In this document: in pieces, positions 1 to 13,217 of the stretch | Position numbering within the stretch: position 1 is the stretch's first letter | How the letters are laid out: each line of letters starts with the position of its first letter | From: Paramecium tetraurelia | Taxonomy: Eukaryota | Direction: 5' to 3' | DNA length: 64,000 bases | Assembly (NCBI GenBank): GCA_000165425.1 | Contig: CT868618.1 | Span: forward strand, 62,001 to 126,000 | Position numbers and translations under genes: made by a program | Notes under the pieces: generated by a model | What the model was told of the DNA's origin: nothing | Database searches by the model: none | The model's input: the letters and a program-made list of their open reading frames with translations, nothing else

Positions 1-2203
1 TCTTTATTTCTAAATTATCACTACTTTCCAATATATACTCATCTAAATCCTCTAGAAAGAAATTTAGAATACTCTCTAACTTTTATTTAACCTTAGGTAT
101 GCAATGTTCATAAAGCGACTATACTTTAGGATCAAGGACACCCTGAAATTTTGGTGTAAAGGCTTGATTTGATTGAAGTTACGAAGATGACATTTTGATA
201 ATTTAATTTGTTAAACTTTGAATAATTTGTTCAATATCTTGTGTCTTTGGTTTTTCAAATTCTACACATCTGTTTTCAAATAATTTTTTATAAAAACTAT
301 AATTTTCATCCAAATACCCTTTATACACTTACTACCAATTGTCAAGATAGTATTATCTTTATCCTTTCTTTGCTTTTGTTAGAATTATATTTGTCCATTT
401 GTCAAAATGAGTTACTAGGTCATTTTTTTCTCTTAAAATTTAAGTTATTGGATCAAAAGTATTCTTAACTTGTTCAATTGATTATTGAGAAATATCAATG
501 ACAAAAAATACAATTATATTTTTTGTATTTTTGAAATAATTATATAAGCTAATTCTGTGAGCTATTCTCATTAATTCATTAATATTATCATCAAACCCTG
601 GGCAATCGAAAACGAAATATTTTTTAGGTATTTTACATTTTTGAATTTATTCTTAGTCTAATATTTCTTCAATACTAAAAACATTTTTTTCATTTTAATC
701 AAAGATTTAATTAAGTTCTTCCCTTTTGCCAATGTATACTCCATTGATATGTTATGTTTCACTAACTCCACCTTTACCAATCGCAAATTTTGTCTCCGTA
801 TTAATTCCATAGCATTTTTATGATACAAAATGATCTTAAATAATGTTATCTGGATTAAGAAGTGAATTAATAATGGTCGACTTTCCTACTTTTGTTATAC
901 CGATAAAATAGATTCCATTTTCAATTTCATTTTTTGGTCCATCTTAAATTCTTGAAGTAATATTGTATAACGTATTTTCTAAGGTATCATTACAATTCGC
1001 ACACCATTATTTGAGATTTAATATTAATTTCTACACTTCACATATTTTCTCATTTTTGAATATGTTATTATGATATTTTTAGAAAAATTAAATTATGCCC
1101 TTAAGTTTATTAATTGCTTCATCACATAATAATGGTTAAACTATTAATTCTTAAATTTTAACTTCCTCCTTAAAATTTTTCATTTAATGACTTTATGAAT
1201 TTTTTTATCTGATTTTTTATCTGTTATTTATATTCTAAGCATTTTGCTCTTAATTCACTTTATTAATAAATTCATAAACCTCAAAAATTTGTGAAGCATT
1301 ATCAGTTAGAAGATTCTTTTCATTCATGAAACCTTTTTGTAAATCATTTAAATATTTTCCAATTTCCTAGACAACTTCGAAATTATTTTTGATGATTGGC
1401 ATTTATTATAAGCGAAGGAGAACCATTTAAAATTGTTTAAGATCTTCATTTATCTATTCCTTTAAAGGGTTTAATTCTTTTGATAAATATGACATCATTT
1501 TTCCATAATTAATGGCATCTTCTGATTACACTGTCTTTACATATGTATAATTATCAGATTTAAATATTGCCTCAAGGACTTCATTTTTACTATAAATTTA
1601 ATTTTTCAATTATTAATTCTAGGAAAAATAAGAAAAAATTCCACTTGATTTTGAGAATTAGTATTAATCCCACTTATCTTCTTATAAATATCTTAACAAG
1701 AAAAAGTTATTTTCATTGAAAAAATAAGTTCCAAAGAAAAAAATTGAATCAATACAAACATTATCTAACCATCCTCTAACATCATCTCCTCTTAATTGTT
1801 GGATATCTAATATTAAATAGAATTGACAGGTTTCCATTTTTTTTAATGCCATTTCAGCATAAATTTTGGAAATGCATAAATTTTATGCTATTTCATTATT
1901 TTGATCATCATATAATAAGATCTAAGGCAAATATAATAAATAACTAGTTTTTCCTTTATTTTCTATTTTGATTAGCTTAAAGTAGTTTCTATCTAAAATG
2001 AATTATTTATTTTCAAAATCTTTATAGAAACTATGAAATTTGTTTTAAAATTTCCCTAAAAACAAAAGTACTGAGCTCTTTGGCGGAATTTAAGAAAACT
2101 CATCAAATATTGATCCTCTAATGTTTTCAAAATTTTCATGAATATTTATGATTCTTTGCTTGATGCTTATTTACTGCACTTCATTTGGTTATTATTAATC
2201 CAT
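1..2203 (-). CDS. AIG1/GIMAP-like (TRAFAC) P-loop GTPase, copy A (3' end outside window)
   Basis: Code-6 ORF from ATG 2203 (MDQQQPNEV...). Motifs: G1 GITKVGKST (~879-902), G2 SET, G3 FDCPGFDD, G4 ILTKA. Paralog of 20278..23106. Confidence 0.85.
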
Positions 2204-3991
2204 GTTATTATTATTTATGAAAAACTTGACGATAACTCCTTTAAATATCAAAATTGTATTAAATAATTATATCGAATTCTATAATTTAAACTGAATAATA
2301 GAATTTAAATGTATAATAATAATCTCTGATAACTTGATTAGTTGGATATAGTCAACAATGGTAAATATAAAGAAAATCTCAATTTTTTTTATTCTATCAT
2401 TTTGGAATATATTATATTGTAAAGGCAATCAAAATATAGAAACATAGCTTTGGGAATATGGCTCTAAAATGTTCATTTTGAAAATACTACAGGTAAAGTC
2501 TACTGACTCAAAATTCCAATAACTAAATAAAAAGAATTTTATATCATTTACTCTTAATTAAAAATTCAATATAAGTGTAATTAACTATCAGTCTAATTAT
2601 TTGGAATTAATGAAATTTAATATTTATAAATAATCAAATAATCTAATGGAGGTAAATAATCTAGATATCATGAACAAAGTAAAATTTTGATAAACTTCAA
2701 TTTTCACATTTACAAAAATTTATGGTGGCAATTTTGAAGTACCAGTGTTGAATATGAATTCTTCTGAAAATGATAATATTCTATATATAATTAAGATTGA
2801 AATATGCAACATCATTTAATAATAATAATAAGAGATTTTAAGATTAAAATGATTCCAAATTTTTGTTTTCGTAGAACTATTTAAATCACATAAAGCTGAA
2901 TTAACTAAAGGAAGGTTAAAAATATTGAAGAGAATTTAGTATTTTTTAAAACTTCAAAAATTAGACAACTAAAAAGCACTCTGAAAAATGGTTTAGATTA
3001 TGTTATCAAAAGTTTTATGTTGAAGTAACTTCAATTAACTATAAATTATATGGTTCGTATCATCTAATTAATATAAGTAAAAATGAGTTATATTATATAG
3101 ATGGATGAAGTAAAAGCAGGTAAATAATTAGATATTTTGAATAAAAGTAGATAGATATTAATATTATAAATACAAAAGTTGAAATAGAAAATAGTTAAAC
3201 ATTGAAGAGTTATGGTTATAGATTTATTATATGATAAACGTTAATAATTATTAAATTTTGAAATATAAATATTATGAGTATGTAAAAAACTCCTGAGAAA
3301 CAAGAATTAAGTTAAGCTTTACTCTTATCTATAAGTTAATATTCATGGGATAAATAAATTAGATTAACAACGGATGAGGATGTATTATGTAGTTATAGTA
3401 AATTGTCAAATGATTAAGGAGTATGAATTTAATGATTAAATTCTTTAGAGTTATTTAGAAACAAAGAAAGATTAAGGAAATGTATTCATTAAAAAATGCA
3501 ATCAAGTTTAAATTGATGATGTTTAAGATCAAGAACATAAATAATTATTATAAATGTTGAAAGAAAAAGATAAGAGAATAGAACAATTAGAGCATTATTA
3601 AGTATGGTTATAAGAATAGAATGAGAATTTGAAATTAAATTAACAAATGATGATGTAAATTTCATCTGAATATTAGTGAAGATTAATCAATGAATTAATT
3701 GCAAACAAATTCAGCATCAAAATAACATTTATTAAAAATAGAAGATCTAGAATTCTAGATTAATTAATCAGAACAACAATACCATAAGAGTTTAAAAAGT
3801 CTTGGATAATTCGAAAAAGAAAATTCTACTCTAAAAACTAAAATATTTGAATATGAGCAAAAGCTATTTTAATAACAACATCAATAAAAAGTCGCTGAAT
3901 CAATTAATGAGGTAATTCCTACTTCATTTATATATAGTAATCAAAGATAAAATATGAAGAATAACATTAATTAAATTAATCCAAAATTTAT
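1..3991. repeat. Left arm of large inverted segmental duplication (partner 18606..22480; continues beyond window start)
   Basis: Reverse complement of 1..60 matches 22421..22480 exactly. Homology is colinear to ...ccaaaatttat (3991), matching 18606. Flanks are near-identical; the core at ~1420-2930 is diverged. Confidence 0.97.
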
Positions 3992-4021
3992 AGAAATATT
4001 TAAATATAATATAATAAATGA
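3274..4021 (+). pseudogene. 3'-truncated duplicate of the coiled-coil gene at 18066..19323
   Basis: MSMQKTPEKQELSQALLLS... with three 22-28 nt introns, near-identical to the right-arm gene up to 3991. It then reads 9 unrelated codons to TGA 4019-4021 and lacks the C-terminal part. Confidence 0.75.
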
Positions 4022-6378
4022 GGCCCAATCATCCTTATACAATAACATTTCCTATCTGGTAATGTGATCAATGGACTGCGTTAAGGGGACGTCTGAAACA
4101 AACTGATAAATAAGTTATCATAGCCAGATGGAGCAATACTATGTATTTAGATGAAGAATTGGCATTATTTGACTAGCATCATCGAATTTAACCATAGAAG
4201 GATATTATAATTCATAAACCTTAAATATTATTACTTCCATCAATATTATAGATAGTTAGAACTAATACATATACAGATGTTTTAATAGAGAATATTTCTG
4301 AATGGTTTTTAACTAATGGCGATCTTTCTAAATTATTGCTAATATATTTTGGATATGATCTTTATTCAGGTTGTTCTCCACGTGATTGCACTTTAGAGAA
4401 TATAATTAAAAATGGTGATTCAATAATTATTCTAGATTTTGGTTTGAGAAAGCGAACCTAAAAATACTGTGTCTATTGGAATCCCTTAATCCTTAAAGGT
4501 ATGCCTTGTAGATCTTCTTATTAATGGTCTCTAGGAATTATTTATTTAGTTATGACATAAGGGACATACATTCTGAATGAGGTTTAAAAGCATATAACTG
4601 CATGGTTGAAAGGAGGAACATTGGACATTGGGTTTTTGATTAACAATAAAAAGTAGTCAATCCAAGATTTAATATCTTCACTTTTGGATCTGGAGAATCC
4701 TATAGCTTGGAATGAAATCCCTAATCATCCAGCCTTTAGAGAAGATAATGCTTGTAAATAAATTTTAAAGGAGTTTAAAGGAAAATTCTATAATAATGAA
4801 GTAAAAAGTCGATCTTCATCAAGAACTAATAGTAGAAATGAAAATAGTAATTAAATTAGCATTATGCCTTGCCCTTATGGATTATAGAATCCAAAAATTA
4901 GCGAGTAAAATAATCATAATCAATAACTTATAACAAAGGTTAGCAATTTATAAAAATCTCATCAAGATAGAGTTCGTAACGCTTTGGGCAATTTGTATTC
5001 ATCTGTATTAAATAGACATGCATCAACATCATAAACAAATAGATAAACAATCTAAATAAATAGCAGCCCTAATAAGTTTAATCACTACTTTAACTCTACA
5101 AAAATGTTGCCAAAATCTATAAAATCCCCTTCCAACCTTGGTTTTAAAGCTTTAAGGAGTTAAAATTAAGCTAGTAATTAAAATACCGGTTCTGATTCTC
5201 ATAGATAATCTGGTGATGCTTCGATAGAAAATATCATTAAACCGTCTTAAAAATAAGATTCTTTTAATGTTACTATGAGAATGAGGGTTTCCTCAGCAAA
5301 AGAAGACATAACCAGGTTATAATAAAGACCGAGAAATGGCTCAACACATTCATTTTTGCATTTAGAACCTAAATAATAATAATAAAATCATCAATATTAG
5401 GCATCTAAGAATTACAAAGAAGTTTAATAAATTTATTAATAAAGTGAAATTTAGAAGGTTGAAGGAGTACAATAATCGATTAAAAATAACGATTAATCAG
5501 AATAATAACAACAAAGATAATAATAATAGCAAGAATAAAAAAAATAGCAATAGCAATAACAATAATAATAATAATAACAGCAACCTCAATAACAATAACT
5601 TCAATAACAACAATAATAATAATAAGCAAAACCACAATCTTAATAATCGCAATAATCTTAACCATAACTTTATGAGAATTTTTTAAGCGATACTGAAAAT
5701 CACATAGAAATAATTTAAAGGAATTTTGCATTATTTTAATAAAAATATAATAGATCTTTAGAAGCAATCAATTTGATTGGCTAAACAGTAGCAAAATGTT
5801 TAACTTTCTTTAATGCATTATAAAATGCTTGGGTAATTCCTCTATTCTTAGTCTTCAAGCGTATGCTATAATTAAGAAAGTAGGTTGAGAATTTATTATA
5901 AGAAAAAGTAAATTCCTTTAATATTAATTATTGGGAAGAGATAACTTAAAGTGTTGAATTTGAAAATTATTTAACTAAGGTTTAGTAAGACAATTAACTT
6001 GTGTAATCAGAATTAAGTATATTGCTAAACTCAGCTAAAGCGAAAGCAGAAAAGTTAGATAAATCTAGAAGGGATAAAGTTGAATGGTTTTTAAATGATG
6101 ATCTGGAGGATAAAATAAAAGATGTTTGTAATACATATTTTCATGGATAGATTTACAAGAATATTAAAGACAAGAAGGGAATAGCACGACCAAATATAGA
6201 GTGGCTGAAATTACAAATCTAGGCTTAAGCTTCCATAATCATAATTGAGTTACCTATTTTCACATGTGATAAGGAAAACTTTACTTATGAAGGCTATTTA
6301 TCAGCATTTGAATTAACAGATGAAGCTTAAATTTACTAATACTTAAATAAATATGAGGATTATCTCGATCATAAATGA
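4018..6378 (+). CDS. Kinase-like (probable pseudokinase) protein with S/Q-rich linker and helical C-terminus, 786 aa
   Basis: Intronless code-6 ORF MRPNHPYTITFPIW...YLDHK*. Kinase remnants PRDCTLENII, ILDFGL, WSLGIIY; no Gly-loop or VAIK lysine. Poly-Q tract ~5480-5670. Confidence 0.8.
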
Positions 6379-6407
6379 AAACGAAATTCTTAGTTTATTA
6401 ATTATAT

Positions 6408-7383
6408 TCATTTATATTGAATTTAAATATTGGAGACTTCTTGAAATTTTGGTGAACTATATTTTCTTTATATTGCTTATAATGACATAACTTTTGCTTA
6501 ACATAATTATTAGCATATCTCTTTTGCCACTGGCCTTATTTGATTCTCATTATATTGTGAATGTATTTCTAAATAGGTAGGCCAGCAATTCTAAGATCTA
6601 TTCAATAAATTTTGATTTTAAATACTTTTTATAAATCTTCTGTACTAAATATAGTACGCTGGATGCTTGTAAACTAGGGTTGTATTATATAAATTTATGA
6701 TCCAACAACATTAATTCTAAAATGTATTTTCCTAATTAATATGACTTTTAATCTAGTTAAATTAATTGTTAATATCTCTCATAGAATTAATGTTGATTTG
6801 TAAAACAAATTTCAAATTATAATTGCATTAAAATTTTACCCTCCATTTCTAAAATTTCTTCTTTTGTATAGGTTTTATCTGTTACATCCGAGTAATAATT
6901 TAATTTTGGAGGGTAGATTTCACAATATTTCGATGCAATGAACAGAGCAGATACTCCAAGTAATTGAAATTTATTCCTAGATATTTGGATTTGCTATAGA
7001 TATGCATCGATTATGTAAATAGTTAAGTATAATGTATCTGAAACCAAATTAAATCTGTGATGAACATCTACTAACCAATCTATGAGTATTGATCTCATTT
7101 TATAATTGATCTCAATTTGTTTGTCAATATATGTATGATCAAGTGCTTTGTCCTTGTTTCTACAATATTTATAGATATCTTTAGCATAAACAGACACTAA
7201 TTAGGGATTGTTATTATTTTTATTATCAATTTAATCCAATTCATCAAATTTAATTCTTTGAGTTTAGGATTATGATTTACTTTATCTAAAATTAGATAAA
7301 TCTTTTCCAAAACATCTCTCCCCCATACTTAATCGAGGGACTCTACTTTTTTATCCCATTTCATTTTCATCTATGTATTACAT
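6408..7383 (-). CDS. Cyclin (A/B-type mitotic cyclin), 315 aa
   Basis: Cyclin box MRSILIDWLVDVH...SKYCEIYPP, D-box-like RCFGKDLSN, C-terminal RKYSSPKFQEVS. One 28-nt intron. Confidence 0.93.
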
Positions 7384-7479
7384 TTAGAAATTTGAATAAA
7401 TTAATATTACAGTTAATAATTATATTAATATATACTCTTTAAATAATTTTATCAAATTTAATCATATAAAATAATCCAA

Positions 7480-10261
7480 TCAAGCATTCTAATGGTAATA
7501 TGAATCATGAAAATTGGATATTTCACCAACTAAGTATTTATCTGCAAGGAATTCAGGAAAACCTTTATTCTCAGAAGTGAATTCTTTGTGATATTTTATT
7601 AAGAAACCGAGTATTTTTATTCCATCTAACAATCCTATTTTACCACTTTTGTTTTAATATGATTCATGTTGACATTTCGATAAAAACTCAACACAATATC
7701 GATTATTTAAAGATTTCTCATCTTGGATCAGAGTCAAAATCTTTTCGTTATTTAAATTAATAATTGATTTGACAGAATTTATCATTGAAACTACCAAGTC
7801 ATTATTATCTTTCTTTTTTTTACAAATTTTTTGATTATGCCAAAATTACATTATGGGAAATAATGTATCATCAATTAAAGTTAACTTCATATCATAGGAT
7901 TATCCAATTAATTATTTAATCTATTCAAAATGTTTCTCTAATGTGTTGAATCTTTTTTTTAAATGCGCCTCCATCAATGTCAATAGAGTTAAATATTTTT
8001 GATTTTACATTTTCTCAAAATCTTAGGATTTTGGATCCAATTAGCAACATCCAATAAATGTAATCAATGTAAAAAGTAGACTATTTCTATAATCTTGTAG
8101 AAATGATTTTTCATTTAATAAATTGTCTAAAAACAATTCATTTTATAATTACCTAATGCTTATTTATATAAAATATTCGAAGGTTGAATTTTCACAGCCT
8201 ATTCAAAAGATTCTTTAGCTTCATCCAATAATTTATCTTACTTATACACATTTCCAAGTTGGTAATGTGCATCAGCATTATTAGGATTAATTTTAATACA
8301 GTTTTAATAACTTTCAATAGATTCATCAAACTTCAATAAAAATAGGTTAGCTGAACCCATCTACAATGAAATTAAATTATTACTATACAATAAACCTTCT
8401 CTAGATTTTCTTTTCCTGATTTAACATATTAATTTAAGTGATTCAATACGTTGAAGTATTCCTTTTTTTCATTGTAACATATTCCAAGATAATAATTTAA
8501 GTCTTTAGCTTATTCAGTTTTGTTCAACTAAATAAATATCTCTAATGATTCACTAAAATTATTTAAATCAAACAATATCAAACCTAAATCATTATAATAA
8601 TTGAGACCTTTTTCATATAAGCAGAGCTCATTTTAAGGTTGAATAACCAAAATCTTTTCATAAATTTCTAGCTCTTATTATACTTTCAATGTAATTTTAT
8701 AAATTAGTGCTAACATATTTAAAATTTCTATGTTTGATGGAAATTTAGTAATTCCATCATTCAGACAAGTAATGGCATCATCATATTTTTTTTGTGCCTA
8801 AAGTAACTTACCTGAATAAAATATTTATTTACCTCTAATAATAAATATCTTAGGGTCATCTTAGCTTGATTAAGAATATAAATATTCATAAATCTCAGAT
8901 GCTTCTTGAATTCTATTAAGCTTAATCAATATGGAGGCTAAAATAATAAGGAAAATGACCTTTCTTTTCCAATATATCAAAGCTTTTTTCTTGGGCAAGG
9001 ATTTGATCATAGCATTTCAAGGCTTCCTCATCTTTGTTCATGTATTCTAAGATTTTCACTATTTTTCATTAATATGAATTCCTATACCCTTTTCCTTTAA
9101 TGCATTTATGTCGTTGGGTTGAATACTAAGAATTTAATTCAATGTTATAAGCGAGCCGGCTTATTATTTTAATTCAATTTATATTGAAGCTTTCGCTTTT
9201 AAGGCTTATAAATGAGATGAGTTTTTTTCCAAAACTTAATTTAAGTTGCTTAAAGCTTCAGTGTACTTCTATTCTTCTTATAACTTTTAAGCTAAAATAT
9301 TAGGATTTGATTAACCTTCCTTCATATAATCCTCAACAGTCATTAAAGTTTATTAGGGTTGTGATTACTTTTATAAATTGCTTTGCCCTTTTCTTTTAAA
9401 TTTTAGAGCGAATTAATTTTGGTCATTTAATTTTAAAATTATATCACAAACTTGTTCTAATTTATCATATTACTTTTATTAATTGTATACATATGCTTAA
9501 AAATAAATGTTTTAAATTACCTTGAGCCTAGTACCCGTCAATGTAATTAGAGTCAATTTTTAAGGCATTTTAAATAGATTCCAAAGCTCTATCAAATTAT
9601 TTTAAATCTGTTAGAGCGGTTGCCTTGCTAATATAATAATGTTTTTAGATTTTGTCCTATTATATCGCCATATCATAATATCTAATGGCCTCTTCTTTTC
9701 GTTCTAATCTAGATAAAACATAACCTCAAAATTTAATTGAACTGTACCTAAGCCATAATTTAAGTCTGGTATGTTGGGATTAATCTAAAATCCGTTTTCT
9801 AAGTAAGTTAAGGCTTCGTTATATTTTTTTTCGTTAATCAAAAAGCTGGCTAATTTATAAAATATTAGAAAAAACCAATTTCATTTAGAGCTAGGGCATG
9901 ATTTGGTTATTTTTCGAGAGTAAGCTAGAATTACTTTTTTGCACTATCCAAATTCCTCTTATGCAATTCAATAATTCCTATTCTAATAAGTCAAGTAATA
10001 AACCTTTAGAATAATAAGCATCAATAAATTCAGGATCAGTCTCTATAATTCTGTCTAATAACTTTATTGCTTCATCAAACTTCTCATTTTTAATGAGATA
10101 GTTGGCTAATTCATATATCAGTAGAAAAAACCTCTTCTGTATAATTTATTGACTTCTGTTAGACTTAAAGAAGCTGAGCTGGGATTTCTTGAATGATTTT
10201 TAGATGATTAAATTTATTCTGATTCGTTTACATCACCTGATTTAACAGATGCACATCCCAT
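7480..10261 (-). CDS. TPR-repeat protein with N-terminal MGC acylation motif
   Basis: Starts MGCASVK. Many 34-aa TPR units (e.g. ADAHYQLGNVYKQDKLLDEAKESFEQAVKIQPSN). About 12 introns of 21-29 nt. TGA at 7480. Confidence 0.88.
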
Positions 10262-10397
10262 TATTATTATTAAAAATATGATTTATTTCTAAGATTATCC
10301 TAGAATACTCTATAGAAATGGTTTAAAATTAGTAGGAAAATTTAAGTTTAAAAATAACTAATATTGTTGTAAATTGATGTATGAATAATCAAAGTCT

Positions 10398-11398
10398 TCA
10401 TCCTAAAATTGGGAAAGATGGAGCAGCACAGATACCGCAAGTATCACCTCCGGCAAGTCTGATGTGACCAGCTTCTCCCCAACTAGATCCCCATGAGTTT
10501 CTAATCTTCCAAGCTCCATCAGCTTAAACACCAACAAGGACGACTCCGTGATTTAAGTTTTTAGTACATTTGGAGAGGACACCACTTCCTAAAAAATTAA
10601 ATTAAAATAATTACTGTAGAATTACCATGGATTGGCATCGACGGCAACAGCGACTGTTCTTTCTTAGATTGTTTAGGCTAATTCATCGCATGAGTCAATA
10701 TCCTTGAATCCTTAGACGTGAGTGTATGGTCTTTTAACTGAGGTCTTGCAGGTTCCATCTTTAGCAGTGTATGGATAATCTTTAGCTTCAGCCAAACCGT
10801 TGTCAGCAACATATTCAAAAGCAGAATCCATCCATCCACCATTGCATCCATCATTGTCATATGGTCCTGAGCAGTCAACCAAATCTTATTCAGATAATTC
10901 GTATTTTCTGTTGAGTTCAATGTCTGTGTTGATTTCAAGTGCTCCGACTGCAGAGAAGGCCCAGCATGAACCGCATGATCCTTAGTTCTTAACAGCTGGA
11001 TACTTAACCTTCTTATTGTCAGTCCAATCGACTTCTGCACCCTTGTATTAGAAGTTAGAATTGGCGGCATTAAGTTTGGCTGTTCTTGGAACTTTGAGGC
11101 TCAAATAGGTTTAAGCAAATTCTTATTAGCTCATATCAGCAAATTGATTCAATTCCAAAGTGAATGTGGCTTCTTCTGGACTTTCATAGAAAGCTCTGAT
11201 GTAGTTAAGGTTGTCTGTGAAAACCTTGTATCTGTACATTTCATCTCTTTAGTTGGTATATCTTCTGTTATATTTCATTTTCCAATTTGCATAAAGATTT
11301 GCTGTATCGATTTCATCAGATACTTCTTATGTGTTGTTCAAGTAGAGGCTGGCTCCCAACAACATCATTAAACCGACTGCTAATAATGACTTCTCCAT
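10398..11398 (-). CDS. CATL1: Cathepsin L (papain-family cysteine protease), 324 aa
   Basis: Signal peptide, ERFNIN-type/I29 prodomain, [21 protein letters not shown]. One 26-nt intron (10589-10614). Sequence matches P. tetraurelia cathepsin L as I remember it. Confidence 0.96.
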
Positions 11399-13217
11399 TT
11401 TAAATATATATTAATCTAATTAGAACTTTGAATTGCATAAATATTATTATACGATGACGTAATTATCACTTCCTTCATCACGTATAAATATATAAATTAA
11501 TAATCAGATTTCTATAATGTACAATTAATTTCAGTTATTCTATAACTATCATATTATAAGCTTTCTTGAATTCATTTATAATGGAGTAATCAATGTTTGA
11601 AACTAGAGGAGATTATCTATTTTTTTTCTATAGAATTAAAATGTATAATACATAAAATTGTGTTTTAAAAATTATTATATATATATATAAAAATCTGATT
11701 TTCTAAAAACTATCATTAATATTGGTAATTCAGAATGTTTAAGAAGATGATTATTATTTAGTGGAATCTTAATACCAATTGAAACTACTTGCTTTTTGCA
11801 ATATTTAGCAGTATTTTCAATTCTAATTATTATTTCTAGATCTACTTAATTTTCAATAACTACTCTAAGTATTTCAGCTTAATTGGACACAATCTAGTAC
11901 AAAATATCACTTATATTGTATTAATACAATTAGAAATAACTTGATATTTAATATTTTATAAAATTCTCTCCATTCTATTATGGTGTTCTGTAATGAATTT
12001 AGAAAGTTTTATATCGATTGGCCCCTTCCTATGTATTCAGAAGTACCATTCTTTCTTTGTTTTAAATTTTTGATTGTTCTTCCAACCAAATTAACTTTTT
12101 CCAATTAAATTACAAAGCTTTAAGAAATATAATTGCTAATTTGTTTAATGATTTTCAAGTTTCATTTATATCTTTAAACTAAAACTTAGGGTATTTTCAG
12201 AGACATTTTCACAAAAATAATAATTGCGAGATAAGAAATACTCTGATCTTTTTGAATTAAAATCAACAAAGTGATTTTGTTATTCTCATATATTTTTGAA
12301 TCATCACTTCTAAAATAAACTCACTATCATTTATTTCTTCCATTAATGTATGGCTTGTTAGAATAATTAGTTAAAGTTGATGCAATCTTTAAATATAAAA
12401 ATAATAAAAATACAACTAGTAAAAATTTAAATTTAATATTTATTAGAATTTGGAAGAATCCTTTTGTTCAATTAGATTGATCATTCTGTTTTCATATCAA
12501 TAAAAAAATATAATATAAAAGACTAATTTATTATATTTTTTTCCTAATTTAGAAAAGCAATACCCTATCTAAATAGGTCTTTGTACTTGACTTTGAACCT
12601 AAGTATTAATATTATACTAGTACAATATTCATTTACTTTTATAATTCGATGGCTAATAGATATATTAATAATTTAAATTACTATAGCAAACAAATATTTA
12701 ATTTATTATCAAAACACCAATATAATCTTAATAAACTTAGTTATTTAAATCTAATTCATTCTAAAATTTAGAATAAATCTCTACCTTTAACAAAGTTAAA
12801 GAATATGAAATAAGTCATTAAATAATATTAAACTAGATTTGGGAATTATATTATGTTGTAAACTGCTTACAAATTTGTCAATAACTATGACTACATTCTT
12901 CTAGTTGAAACTTAAAGAGAGTCTAAACTCTCTCTTCAATATTGTTGAAAATGATATCATAGTTACATATATTAATTAATTTTTTCTATATTATCAGTGT
13001 AATTCTGATAAAGAAAAGCCTAGAACTATTTGATAATATGGATAACAAAACAATATAAGAAAATGATATAAGAATTCTGGGATTTAAAGTAAACTACAAT
13101 GATTTTATTTTGAAATATGATATTAACATCTCCATTGTATTTAATTGAGAATTGATTTTTGGTTAGAACAACCCATATAAAAATATATAGTTATCAAGTT
13201 CTCTTTTTAAACTATTT

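Noticed and set aside
241..468. Duplicated 75-aa ORF (also 22013..22240)
   Set aside because: Antisense to the GTPase copies; it only reflects the inverted duplication.
5444..5767. Poly-Asn and poly-Ile ORFs
   Set aside because: Off-frame and antisense readings of the pseudokinase poly-Q tract.
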